NCBI GenBank assembly: GCA_963707095.1
Contig: CAVPOR010000011.1
Location: forward strand, 53,914 to 117,913
DNA: 64,000 nucleotides
DNA from: an uncultured Alphaproteobacteria bacterium
GTDB lineage: Bacteria > Pseudomonadota > Alphaproteobacteria > Rhizobiales > Xanthobacteraceae
Direction of reading: 5' to 3'
Shown: piece after piece, positions 39,781 to 48,474 of the stretch
Position numbering within the stretch: position 1 is the stretch's first letter
Layout of the letters: every line of letters begins with the position of its first letter
Position numbers and translations under genes: made by a program
The notes under the pieces: model-generated
The model's input: only the letters and a program-made list of their open reading frames with translations
Database searches by the model: none
Told to the model about the DNA's origin: nothing

Positions 39781-40908
39781 TTGCAATTATCGCCTCGATA
39801 CAATCCGGCATTGGATGGATTACGCGCGGTCGCGATCGCGTTAGTCTTCGCAGATCATTGCCACGTTCCGGGATTCGATGCGGGGTTCTTCGGCGTCGAT
39901 CTTTTCTTTGTTCTCAGTGGGTTCTTGATTACCGGTCTCCTCGTCGACGAGGTTGAGGCGCGCGGTAGCATCGACTTGTTGGGATTCTATCTGCGCCGCT
40001 TGCTCCGGCTCGGCCCGGCTTTGTTGTTGCTGCTGGCCGCCTATCTGGCGATAGCGCCGGTGATCTGGCCGCAATACGGCCTCTGGTCGCACATCCGCGA
40101 CGTTGCACTGACAGGATCATATCTGTCCGACTATGGGCGAGCTTTTTGGAACAACCCGGTCATATTGCAGCACACATGGTCGCTTTCGGTCGAAGCGCAT
40201 TTTTATTTCATCTGGCCGTTTGCCATCCTGCTGCTGGCCCGCATCGAACCGCGTTGGCGCTTACCCGCTCTGTTTGGTCTCTACTTGCTTGCCACCGCAT
40301 GGCGGATTTACGAATACAACAGCCTGGGTTGGACGGCGGCGTATTTCCGCTTTGACACCCGCATGAGCGGACTGATCTGCGGTTCGCTGCTCGCAATATA
40401 TCTCCCGCGCATGGACCGGATCTCGGACAAGAAAGCGAACATCTGTGGTGTTTTAGCGACTATCGCGCTCGTGTTCTGTCTCTCACTCAGTTTCTGGCGC
40501 GCCCCGTGGTCCTTGGTATGGTTGTCGCCCCTTGCTCAGCTGGCTGCCGTAGGCTTCTTGATATCGGCCTCCGCTCAAAACTCCTGGGTGAGTTGGACGT
40601 TGTCGGCGCGGCCTTTGGTTGCCATTGGTGTCATCTCTTACGGGGTGTATCTGTGGCATTATCCAGCGGCCGTCTTCTTCAGATCCTTGCTTCCCTGGTA
40701 TGAGGTCGTCCCGATCGTTCTGATCTTTTCTCTCGCGGCAGCGACGGCCAGCTATTTCTTCGTCGAGCGGCCGCTGCAACATTATCGCCGGAATCTTAAG
40801 GCGCGCCGGCCCCAGGTTGACGTTGCGCCCGAACCAACAGCAGACGATCGCACGCCGCGGTTTGCAACTGAAGATCCTATACGCGCCGCACAACGCCTGG
40901 CCGCTTAG
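39781..40908 (+). CDS. Acyltransferase family 3 (OafA-like) membrane protein
   Basis: LDGLRAVA, GVDLFFVLSGFLI, HTWSLSVE, ISYGVYLWH, SYFFVERP. Confidence 0.92.
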   Translation: MQLSPRYNPALDGLRAVAIALVFADHCHVPGFDAGFFGVDLFFVLSGFLITGLLVDEVEARGSIDLLGFYLRRLLRLGPALLLLLAAYLAIAPVIWPQYGLWSHIRDVALTGSYLSDYGRAFWNNPVILQHTWSLSVEAHFYFIWPFAILLLARIEPRWRLPALFGLYLLATAWRIYEYNSLGWTAAYFRFDTRMSGLICGSLLAIYLPRMDRISDKKANICGVLATIALVFCLSLSFWRAPWSLVWLSPLAQLAAVGFLISASAQNSWVSWTLSARPLVAIGVISYGVYLWHYPAAVFFRSLLPWYEVVPIVLIFSLAAATASYFFVERPLQHYRRNLKARRPQVDVAPEPTADDRTPRFATEDPIRAAQRLAA

Positions 40909-40943
40909 AGTCGAAGACGCCGCGGCCCCGCGTCAGCGGGGTC

Positions 40944-41420
40944 TCACCCCCGCGCTTCAAGCGTCTTTCCGCCCGCCGTCACCGATTTCGCCGCGACAAG
41001 CGTGAACGCGATCACGCAGGGCTCTTTGCCCTTGTTGACCCAGTTGTGGATGGTGCCGCGCTGCACCAGCACGTCGCCCGCTTTGAGATGCACGCTGCTG
41101 CCGTCGAGCTCCATGTCGATTTCGCCCGAAATCACCACCGCGTAATCGATCGAGTTGGTGCGGTGGTTGCGCGGGCTCGCGCCCGGCCCGAAACTGACCA
41201 CGCGAAATACCGTACCGTTGTCGAGCGTGGTGCCGATTTTCCTGGCCGAAGGGTCGTCGCCGCCATCGTTGCCCGCCGGAAAACCCTCCGTCGACCAGAT
41301 CACGCTGTAGTGCGCGCCGGGACGCTGCGAAAACACGTTCTTGACCTGCTCGTCGATCAGCACCTTGGCGCGGCCTTGCTCATCATGGCCGGTGACGACG
41401 CGGCGGATCTTCAGGCTCAT
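40944..41420 (-). CDS. Cupin domain protein
   Basis: RRVVTGHD, HRTNSIDY, GDVLVQRGTIHNW. Confidence 0.88.
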   Translation of the reverse strand: MSLKIRRVVTGHDEQGRAKVLIDEQVKNVFSQRPGAHYSVIWSTEGFPAGNDGGDDPSARKIGTTLDNGTVFRVVSFGPGASPRNHRTNSIDYAVVISGEIDMELDGSSVHLKAGDVLVQRGTIHNWVNKGKEPCVIAFTLVAAKSVTAGGKTLEARG

Positions 41421-41457
41421 TGACTATCTCCCTTGAACTTGTTGCGGCGATGTACGC

Positions 41458-42321
41458 TCAATCCGCCGGCAGCGGCTTTCGGCCGGTATCGTGCCAGAGC
41501 AGGAACAGTCCCGAACCGACCACCACCGCCGCGCCGGCCAGCAAGGCGAAGGTGGGGACCTCGGCCCAAAAGAAGAAACCGAGGCCCATCGCCCACACGA
41601 TCGAGAAATAATAGAACGGCCCGACCGCCGAAGGCGGGGCGAGCGACAGCGCGCGCGTCCACCAATATTGCCCCAACGAATTGAACAGCCCGTTGACCAG
41701 CATGGCGGTCAAATCGAGGTTGCTAGGCCAGGTGAAACCAAATACCGGCAGCGCGCAGGTGAAGAATAAAGTCAGGAACACCATCTGGTACAGCGTGAGA
41801 GTTTCGGCCAACTCGGTGGTGGTCATGCCGCGCACCGCGGCGGTGACGCTGCCGAACAGCACGGCGTTGCCGAGCGCGTAGAGCGCGCCGACGCGGAAAC
41901 TGTCGGCGCCAGGTGCCGCCACCAGCAGCACGCCGAGGAAGCCGGCGATCAGCGCGCAGCCGCGCGCGAGGCCGACTTTTTCCTTCAGCCACAACGCGGC
42001 GAACAGAGTGGCGAACAGCGGCGAGGCGAAGTTGATGGCGATGGCGCCGCCGAGCGGCATCAGCGAGAAGGCGATAACGATCAGGCTCTGCGCCACCGCC
42101 TGTGTGCCGCTGCGGCCGAAATGGTCGCGCAGGCGGTGGGTACGGAACGCGATGAGGCCGGTGCGCGGCAGAATCAGGATCGAGCAGACGGCGAGCGAGA
42201 CGACGGCGCGGAAGAACAGCACCTCGGCGAACGAATAGCTGGCGATCTGCCATTTCGCCAACGCGTTCGAGATCGCGAACAGCACGGTCGCGCCGATCAT
42301 ATAGAGAATGCCGCGCGGCAC
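41458..42321 (-). CDS. DMT/EamA family transporter
   Basis: About ten TM segments, FASPLFAT, LKEKVG. The true start may lie slightly upstream (about 42367) if another insertion is present. Confidence 0.88.
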   Translation of the reverse strand: MPRGILYMIGATVLFAISNALAKWQIASYSFAEVLFFRAVVSLAVCSILILPRTGLIAFRTHRLRDHFGRSGTQAVAQSLIVIAFSLMPLGGAIAINFASPLFATLFAALWLKEKVGLARGCALIAGFLGVLLVAAPGADSFRVGALYALGNAVLFGSVTAAVRGMTTTELAETLTLYQMVFLTLFFTCALPVFGFTWPSNLDLTAMLVNGLFNSLGQYWWTRALSLAPPSAVGPFYYFSIVWAMGLGFFFWAEVPTFALLAGAAVVVGSGLFLLWHDTGRKPLPAD

Positions 42322-42466
42322 GCGGTCGGCGCGCGCGGCGGGCAGGCGCTGGTCGAGCGGATGTCACCGGTGAATGAGCCCCAAGCGAAGACGCACCGCC
42401 TAGCATGGCCGCGCAGCGCCGGGCAGGGGCCAAAGGGTATGGCCGCCTTGCCCATTTGCAGCCGCT

Positions 42467-42944
42467 CTAGCGTCTGTTCCGCCGTTTGCCCGCCTGCCGC
42501 GCCTGTCGGCGCTTGAGCCGCGCACGGCGCTCGCGGGCCTTGCGGGCGCGGCGCCGGCGGCAGCGGCCGCATTTGCAGTTCGAGCAGCCCGATCACGTTC
42601 CGCAGATAGTCGATGCCGTAATCGTAGGTGATTTCCTCGCCCGGCTTGATGTTCCGCAGCGTGCGGATGAACACCTTGTGCCCGACGTCGTAGATTTCCG
42701 CGTTGGGATTGCAGGAATGGTTGAAATAACGCGCGATATTGCTGCGCGGGGTGCCGTCGATGGTCCAGCGGCTGTTGATTTCGTAGAGGTAAAGATTGCC
42801 GCGCGCCTCGATTTTATTGGCTTCCTTGGTGGCGAGCTTGCGGCCTTTGTACTCGGCGATCCGGAGACGCTTGCGGATCGGCCGGGTGGCGAAGATACCG
42901 AGGCCGGTATGCGAACGGCCAACGCGGAACGGTCTTTTGGGCAT
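42467..42944 (-). CDS. SET domain lysine methyltransferase with post-SET Cys and Arg-rich tail (one extra base near 42585)
   Basis: GLGIFA, ARYFNHSCNPNA, GEEITYDY. Removing one base gives NCKCGRCRRRR... and TAG at 42467-42469 (159 codons). Confidence 0.88.
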
Positions 42945-43011
42945 TGCGGGCTTTGCATTGCAGCGAACGGGCGTTGCGGATGCCAGAAGGGGATGCGTTC
43001 GTCAACGTCTT

Positions 43012-43044
43012 AAAAAACTTTGGCCCGGACAGACCGGGCCAAAG
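43012..43044 (-). terminator. Intrinsic terminator after the Kazal gene
   Basis: Minus strand CTTTGGCCCGG-TCTGT-CCGGGCCAAAG-TTTTT. Confidence 0.7.
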
Positions 43045-43081
43045 CCGTTGAGTTTTTTCCCGTGCTACGCCTTCGGGTGGC

Positions 43082-43408
43082 CTACGTGCACTTGCCGTCG
43101 TGCGACTTGGACACCCGGGCGGCCTGACGTTCGCAGTCGTTGCCGTAGGTCTTGCCGTCGCAGCCGCAGACCGGGCGGAAGATCTTGTTGCAGAAACGCG
43201 GCACCTTGGTGCAGGTGCCGGCGAAGTCGAAGAAGAAGCAATGCCCGGCCGTCTTCTGGCAGAACAGCCCCTTGTCGCATGAGGTGCCGATAAAGCCGTC
43301 GCATTGCTTGCCCGGCCCGGCAGCCGAAGCGCCGGACGGCGCGATCAGCAGTACGGCGAGCGCGCAGACGAGCGCCGCCGCGATCAGATGAATGCGGTGA
43401 AAGATCAT
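43082..43408 (-). CDS. Secreted Kazal-type serine protease inhibitor domain protein
   Basis: GGAGG RBS, signal peptide, CNKIFRPVCGCDGKTYGNDCER...HDGKC. Confidence 0.9.
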   Translation of the reverse strand: MIFHRIHLIAAALVCALAVLLIAPSGASAAGPGKQCDGFIGTSCDKGLFCQKTAGHCFFFDFAGTCTKVPRFCNKIFRPVCGCDGKTYGNDCERQAARVSKSHDGKCT

Positions 43409-43596
43409 GGTCGCCTCCCTCGAATATTGTGGTGCTACAACCAAAGGTTATCGCAAGCGTGCGTCGGGGAAAAGTGGCAAGGCGCTCGTCTCCGGGTCGG
43501 GACAAAAAGGCAAAGTCAGGGCAATTGCGGCCGGCGTTACATGATGCCGCCAAAATCTCATGGAACGGAATGCGCGGGGGCCAGTTGGATGGACGC

Positions 43597-43833
43597 ATGC
43601 CGACACCCGCGACGATATTATCGAGGCCGAGGCCGGAGAGCCTGAACTTCCGCGCCCGCGCGCTGGAATGCCGCGCCATCGCGACGCGCCTGCGCGTCGA
43701 TTTCGCCCGCAACCAGATGCTCAAGACGGCCGACGATTTCGAGCGCATCGCCTACGACGAGCGCGAGCGCGAGATCGTGCACGGCATGGCGCAGCTCGGC
43801 GCGCTGGTGCGCAAGGTGCACGAGGCGAGGTAG
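43597..43833 (+). CDS. Small hypothetical helical protein
   Basis: FRARALECRAIA...MLKTADDFERIA pattern common in Rhizobiales small proteins; GC-biased codons; start uncertain. Confidence 0.55.
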   Translation: MPTPATILSRPRPESLNFRARALECRAIATRLRVDFARNQMLKTADDFERIAYDEREREIVHGMAQLGALVRKVHEAR

Positions 43834-43890
43834 CCGCGCCACGCTTCCCGCGTTATTGCCGGGTCGCACTGGGCGCTGCATGATGACGCC

Positions 43891-44835
43891 ATGACAGCAG
43901 ATCCCGGCCGCTGGCCCGAACTGCCCTATGCCGCCTGGCAAGACACCGCCGCCACGCTCCAGCTCTGGACGCAGATCGTCGGCAAAATAAGGCTTAAGCT
44001 CACCCCTTGGCTCAATCATTCCTGGCACGTCGCGCTTTACGTCACCGCGCGCGGGCTGACCACCGGGCCGATGCCGGTGGACGGCCGCACGCTGGAGATC
44101 GATTTCGATTTCATTGATCACGTGCTGTGGCTGCGCACCAGCGACGGCCATTTCCGCCAACTCATGCTCAAGCCGACGCCGGTGGCGGAATTCTATGCCG
44201 ACGTGATGATCGCGTTGAAGGAACTGGGCGTCCCCGTCAAAATAAGCACCATGCCGTGCGAAATCGCCGACTGCATTCCGTTCGACCGCGACACCAGGCA
44301 CGCGTCTTACGACGCCGACTACGCCAACCGGTTCTGGCGTATTCTCACGCGCGCGCGCGACGTGATGGCGCGTTTCCGCACCGGCTTTCTCGGCAAATCG
44401 AGCCCGGTGCATTTCTTCTGGGGCTCGTTCGATCTGGCGGTGACGCGGTTTTCCGGGCGCAAGGCGCCGGCCCATCCCGGCGGCGTGCCGCATCTGCCGG
44501 ACAGCGTGGCGCGCGAGGCCTATTCGCACGAGGTGTCGAGCGCCGGCTTCTGGCCGGGCGGCGGCGCGATCGACTATCCGGCGTTTTATTCCTACGCCTA
44601 TCCGGCGCCGCAAGGTTTCAGCGAGGCGGCCGTGACGCCGGGCGCGGCGTTTTTCTCGCCCGAGCTCGGCGAGTTCATTTATCCCTACAACGCCATGCGC
44701 ATGGCGCGCGACCCCGACGCCGCGCTGATGGAATTTCTGCAAAGCAGCTACGCCGCGGCGGCGGATCTGGCGAAGTGGGACAGGAAGGCGCTGGAGTGCG
44801 GGTTGGGGGAAGCCGGGAAGGTGCGGGCGGTGTGA
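43891..44835 (+). CDS. DUF5996 family protein
   Basis: WTQIVGKIRL, NHSWH, SPVHFFWGSFDLAVTRFSGR, AYSHEVSSAGFWPG. Confidence 0.88.
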   Translation: MTADPGRWPELPYAAWQDTAATLQLWTQIVGKIRLKLTPWLNHSWHVALYVTARGLTTGPMPVDGRTLEIDFDFIDHVLWLRTSDGHFRQLMLKPTPVAEFYADVMIALKELGVPVKISTMPCEIADCIPFDRDTRHASYDADYANRFWRILTRARDVMARFRTGFLGKSSPVHFFWGSFDLAVTRFSGRKAPAHPGGVPHLPDSVAREAYSHEVSSAGFWPGGGAIDYPAFYSYAYPAPQGFSEAAVTPGAAFFSPELGEFIYPYNAMRMARDPDAALMEFLQSSYAAAADLAKWDRKALECGLGEAGKVRAV

Positions 44836-44841
44836 TCCGTC

Positions 44842-45318
44842 TTAACTCCTCACGCCCACAAGCCTTTGCATCAGCGCCGGCGAGTTGATGTGAAATCCCT
44901 CGATCATCCAGGCATCGCCCTGCTTGACGAGGACGATCTGGAGCTGGGCATCGCCCTTTTGAAAGTGCCCACTGGCGACATATTTCGCCGACACCGTGGT
45001 TTGCGCGTTCATCACGGATATCAAAGCCTCGCCTTTGCTGCCGCGATAGTCGAGCAGCGGCCCGAGCGCGCCCTTGGCGGCATCGAATAGCCCATGGAGG
45101 TCGGCTTGCTTCATCATCGTCCGCAAATGCGGGCTGGCGCGATTCCAAAGCTCATCCGCGTCCCAATTGGCGGCTATGGCGACGACGGAATCCTCAACAT
45201 AGGCCTTGCTCGTCTTGTCGAGGGCGGCGCCGTCGCGGGCCAGGATAAAAAAGCCGATTCCGCCGGCCACGATGGCAACGGCCGTCAGTATGCCGAGGCC
45301 GTAAAAGAATTTGCGCAT
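44842..45318 (-). CDS. Hypothetical membrane-anchored protein (NTF2/DUF4019-like)
   Basis: N-terminal TM segment; LGPL..KYVASGHFQKG..W.IEGFHINS pattern. Confidence 0.65.
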   Translation of the reverse strand: MRKFFYGLGILTAVAIVAGGIGFFILARDGAALDKTSKAYVEDSVVAIAANWDADELWNRASPHLRTMMKQADLHGLFDAAKGALGPLLDYRGSKGEALISVMNAQTTVSAKYVASGHFQKGDAQLQIVLVKQGDAWMIEGFHINSPALMQRLVGVRS

Positions 45319-45451
45319 GGTGGCTTTCCTGCAAGGCGAGTATATTAAGCTGTCTAAACCTATAGATGCATCCCGCTAATTCGGCGCAAACGCGAAGATT
45401 AAAATTGTCATGGAGTTTTTAAGCGAACAGGGAGCGCGCTATCTCACTCCG

Positions 45452-45550
45452 CCTCATCCTGAGGAGCAATCCGCAGGATCGCGTCTCGAAGGATGGGGCG
45501 GCCTCGATGGTTCGAGACGCGTCGCAGCGCGACGCTCCTCACCATGAGGC
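45452..45550. repeat. RIME-like composite palindromic repeat
   Basis: CCTCATCCTGAGGAGC...CGTCTCGAAGGATG and its inverted partner TTCGAGACG...GCTCCTCACCATGAGG. Confidence 0.75.
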
Positions 45551-45560
45551 CGCGAGAGAC

Positions 45561-45634
45561 GCAGGGCGCGTTAGCGAAACGTAACGTACCGGATGAATAG
45601 GAGGGCGGAATACGCTTCGCTATTCCGCCCTACG
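45561..45634. repeat. GTAG-type REP doublet
   Basis: GGGCGGAATACGCTTCGCTATTCCGCCCTAC (reverse GTAGGGCGGAATAGCGAAGCGTATTCCGCC) and a degenerate partner at 45561. Confidence 0.65.
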
Positions 45635-45676
45635 GGCTACCGGCTGAGGAGCCTCTCATGGCAAGATCATTGCGAC

Positions 45677-46921
45677 TGGCCTGCACCCGGTTCCGAAGAC
45701 ACCGAGTTAGGTGTTTTAATGGAACCGGAGGTGCGTCATGGAGCGGCGGAAGTTTACGCGAGAGTTCAAGCTTGAGGCTGTGCGGCTGATCAAGGAACGC
45801 GGCGTGTCGTATGCGCAGGCGTCGCAAGACCTGAGTGTGCATCAGTCGCAGCTGCGCAGTTGGGTGAAGGCGTTTGCGGACGATCCGCAGCAGGCCTTTC
45901 CCGGCCAAGGTCAGATGAAGCCCGAGCAGGCCGAGATCGCGCGGCTCAAGCGCGAGGTGACCAAGCTCAAGGCCGAACGGGACATCCTAAAAAAAGCCGC
46001 GGCCTACTTCGCGAAGGAATCGACGTGAAGTTCTCCTTCATCGCGAAGCACCGGGGGATCTGGCCGGCGGGATGGTTGTGCGGGGCGCTCGGTGTCTCGC
46101 GGGGCGGCTTCTATGCCTGGCTGACACGACCGCGCAGTCGGCGCAGCCGGAGCGATGAAGAGCTGGGCGCGAAGGTTCGCGCAAGCTTCCTCGCGAGCGA
46201 CCGGACCTATGGCGCCAGGCGGGTGTGGCACGACATGCTGGCTGAAGGGGTGTCGTGCGGACTGCATCGGATCGAGCGATTGATGCGGCTACAGGCTCTC
46301 AGAGCACGCCCGCGACGGCGTCGCCTGCCGCCCGATCTGGGTGAGCGGCAGGCTGCCGCCGTCGCTCCCAACGTGCTCGACCGCAGCTTCGAAGCGCCCG
46401 CTCCCAACCGCAAATGGATCGCCGACTTCACCTATGTCTGGACGGCGGAGGGCTGGCTCTATGTGGCGGCCGTCGTCGATCTGTTCTCCCGGCGCGTCGT
46501 CGGCTGGTCGATGAGCGCCGCGATGACGGCGCAGCTCGTCACCGATGCTCTGGTGATGGCGATCTGGCGGCGGGGCAAGCCCGATGCGCTGCTGCATCAC
46601 TCCGATCGCGGCAGCCAATACACCAGCGAGCAGTTCCAGCGGCTGATGGCCGATCACGGCGTCATCTGCTCGATGAGCCGCTCGGGCAACGTCTGGGACA
46701 ATGCGGCGATGGAGAGCTTCTTCTCGTCGCTGAAGACCGAACGCACGGCGCGCAAAATGTACCGATCGCGGGATGAGGCCAAGGCCGACGTGTTCGACTA
46801 CATCGAACGCTTCTACAATCCGAAACGCCGGCACTCGACGATCGGCTATATGAGCCCTATGGAGTTCGAGAGGCAGGCGGGATTAGCTTAGGCGGGTGTC
46901 AACCAAACCGGGTGCAGGCCA
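45677..46921 (+). mobile_element. IS3 family insertion sequence (1245 bp)
   Basis: TG...CA ends; inverted repeats TGGCCTGCACCCGGTT(CCGAA/TGGTT)GACACC; 3-bp target duplication GAC. Confidence 0.96.
45738..46891 (+). CDS. IS3 transposase OrfAB (programmed -1 frameshift at A7G, 45989-45996)
   Basis: OrfA HTH (RKFTREFKLEAV, ERDILKKA); OrfB DDE (WIADFTY, HHSDRGSQY, DNAAMESFF). Confidence 0.95.
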
Positions 46922-47304
46922 GACATATCGGAAAGAAACGCATTCCGCACGAGCGGAATCGAGAAATTATTTCACGCGTGATAGACCACCGAGATGATCG
47001 CGTTGCGGTGATTACTTTGGCTTCGCTTATTGATGTGGGGTTGGAGAGGGCGATTAAGTCTAGGATGCGACGCCTTAAACCAGATGAATATAACGCAATA
47101 TTTAGCGGGACAGGTCCGCTTAGTGGGTTCTGAGCAAGAATTCGCGTCGCATATGCGCTCGGAATTATTGGGCCATTGATCAGGAATGACCTTTCAATAA
47201 TAAATGAAATTCGCAATGTTTTCGCACACGCGCCGCAAAATCTAAAATTGCACGATAATCGGTTATGGATGCGGCTTGAGAGACTAAATGCGATGTCCCA
47301 CCTA

Positions 47305-48149
47305 GGGTCAGGACTCATTGATCATAGCCAGAAGATGACGACGGCTGCGATGCAGATTGCTGACATGAAGGTATGTGCGCATCGGTCGTAACGGGTGTGG
47401 ATACGTCGCCAGTCCTTGAGCCTGCCAAACATATTCTCGATTTTGTGGCGCTGACGGTAGAGCATAGGGTCATGTTTGATAGGTTTTTTGCGATTGGATT
47501 TTGACGGGATGCAGGCTGTGATTTCACGTTCGGCGAGAGCCTGGCGGAACCAATCCGCGTCGTAGCCTTTGTCGCCGAGAAGCTCCTTGGCATTCGGCAG
47601 GGCAGTTAACATCAGCGCCGCGCCTTTGTAGTCGCTCATCTGGCCTTCGCTGAGCAGCATGATCAGCGGCCGTCCGTGGCCATCGCACACAGCGTGCAGT
47701 TTTGAGTTCAGGCCGCCTTTCGTGCGCCCGATACGTCTGGGAACAGACCCTTTTTTAAAAGGCTCGCGGCCGTGCGATGGGCTTTCAGATGGGTTGTATC
47801 GATCATCAGCCGGCGCGGCTTGCCAGCCTTGCGCGCCAGCTCCGCGAAAATCTTGTTGAACACGCCAAGACGGCTCCAGCGTACGAACCGATTATAGATC
47901 GTCTTGTGCGGACCGTAGTCGCGCGGCGCATCGCGCCAGCGCAGCCCATTGCGGATGACAAAGACAATTCCGCTGATAACCCGCCGGTCATCCACCCTTG
48001 GAATCCCATGGGAGAGCGGAAAATATGGCTCAATCCGGCGCATCTGCGCCTCCGAAAGCAAGAACAAATCATTCATGGCCGCGCCTCCTCGCGCCGCCAT
48101 TAAATCAATCGTTCAAATGATCCGCAAGAACTTTAATGGGTCCTGAGCC
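47305..48149 (-). mobile_element. IS5 family (IS427-like) insertion sequence
   Basis: Inverted repeats GGGTCAGGACTCATT / GGCTCAGGACCCATT; both ends in CTAG context (TA or CTAG duplication). Confidence 0.93.
47322..48076 (-). CDS. IS5 transposase in two frames (frameshift at A6G near 47750-47756)
   Basis: PRVDDRRVISGI, LRWRDAP..YGPHKTIYNRF, IDTT, GDKGYDADW, YRQRHKIENMFGRLKDWRR. Confidence 0.93.
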
Positions 48150-48394
48150 TAGATATTAGGAGTTGGCGGATTTCATTTGATGTGGATTCGAAACGTGGCA
48201 AAGCAATAGCTGCAATTAGCATTTACGCGTTTCTGCTATCAGAGATTAAGTTTGTAAAGTTTCCGATGAAAAAATTGAATGATACGTTATTTGGGCTACC
48301 AATCCGAGCGATTAAGTACTAGCGCAGGAGCGAAGTAATCATGCTCGGCCTAGCGCCTGGTACTCGCGTCTTTTGTCTGCATGGCAGCAAGGAG

Positions 48395-48424
48395 TGGATG
48401 GCCGGGACAAGCCCGGCCATGACG
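48395..48424. repeat. REP-like palindrome
   Basis: TGGATGGCCGGGACAAGCCCGGCCATGACG. Confidence 0.75.
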
Positions 48425-48474
48425 GGGTAAGGAGGACGCGCTAAGACTAGGTTGCCAACTGGATAGAGCCCCCC

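Larger units (their letters stand above)
45658..48322 (+). pseudogene. MtlR-like HEPN domain gene interrupted by IS3, IS5 and an in-frame TGA
   Basis: Joining 45658-45676, 46925-47305 and 48153-48322 gives exactly 190 codons after a GAGGAG RBS. Motifs: DRVAVI, GPLSGF*ARIRVAYALG, IRNVFAH. Confidence 0.85.

Noticed and set aside
42297-42944. SET domain read-through into, or fusion with, the EamA transporter
   Set aside because: Correcting one base restores the post-SET cysteines and a stop at 42467.
47131-47133. Selenocysteine or recoded TGA in the HEPN gene
   Set aside because: The gene is already IS-disrupted, the position fits Ser, and I see no SECIS-like hairpin.
45677-48149. Composite transposon formed by the two IS elements
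   Set aside because: They belong to different families, each has its own target duplication, and both interrupt the same gene, so they are independent insertions.
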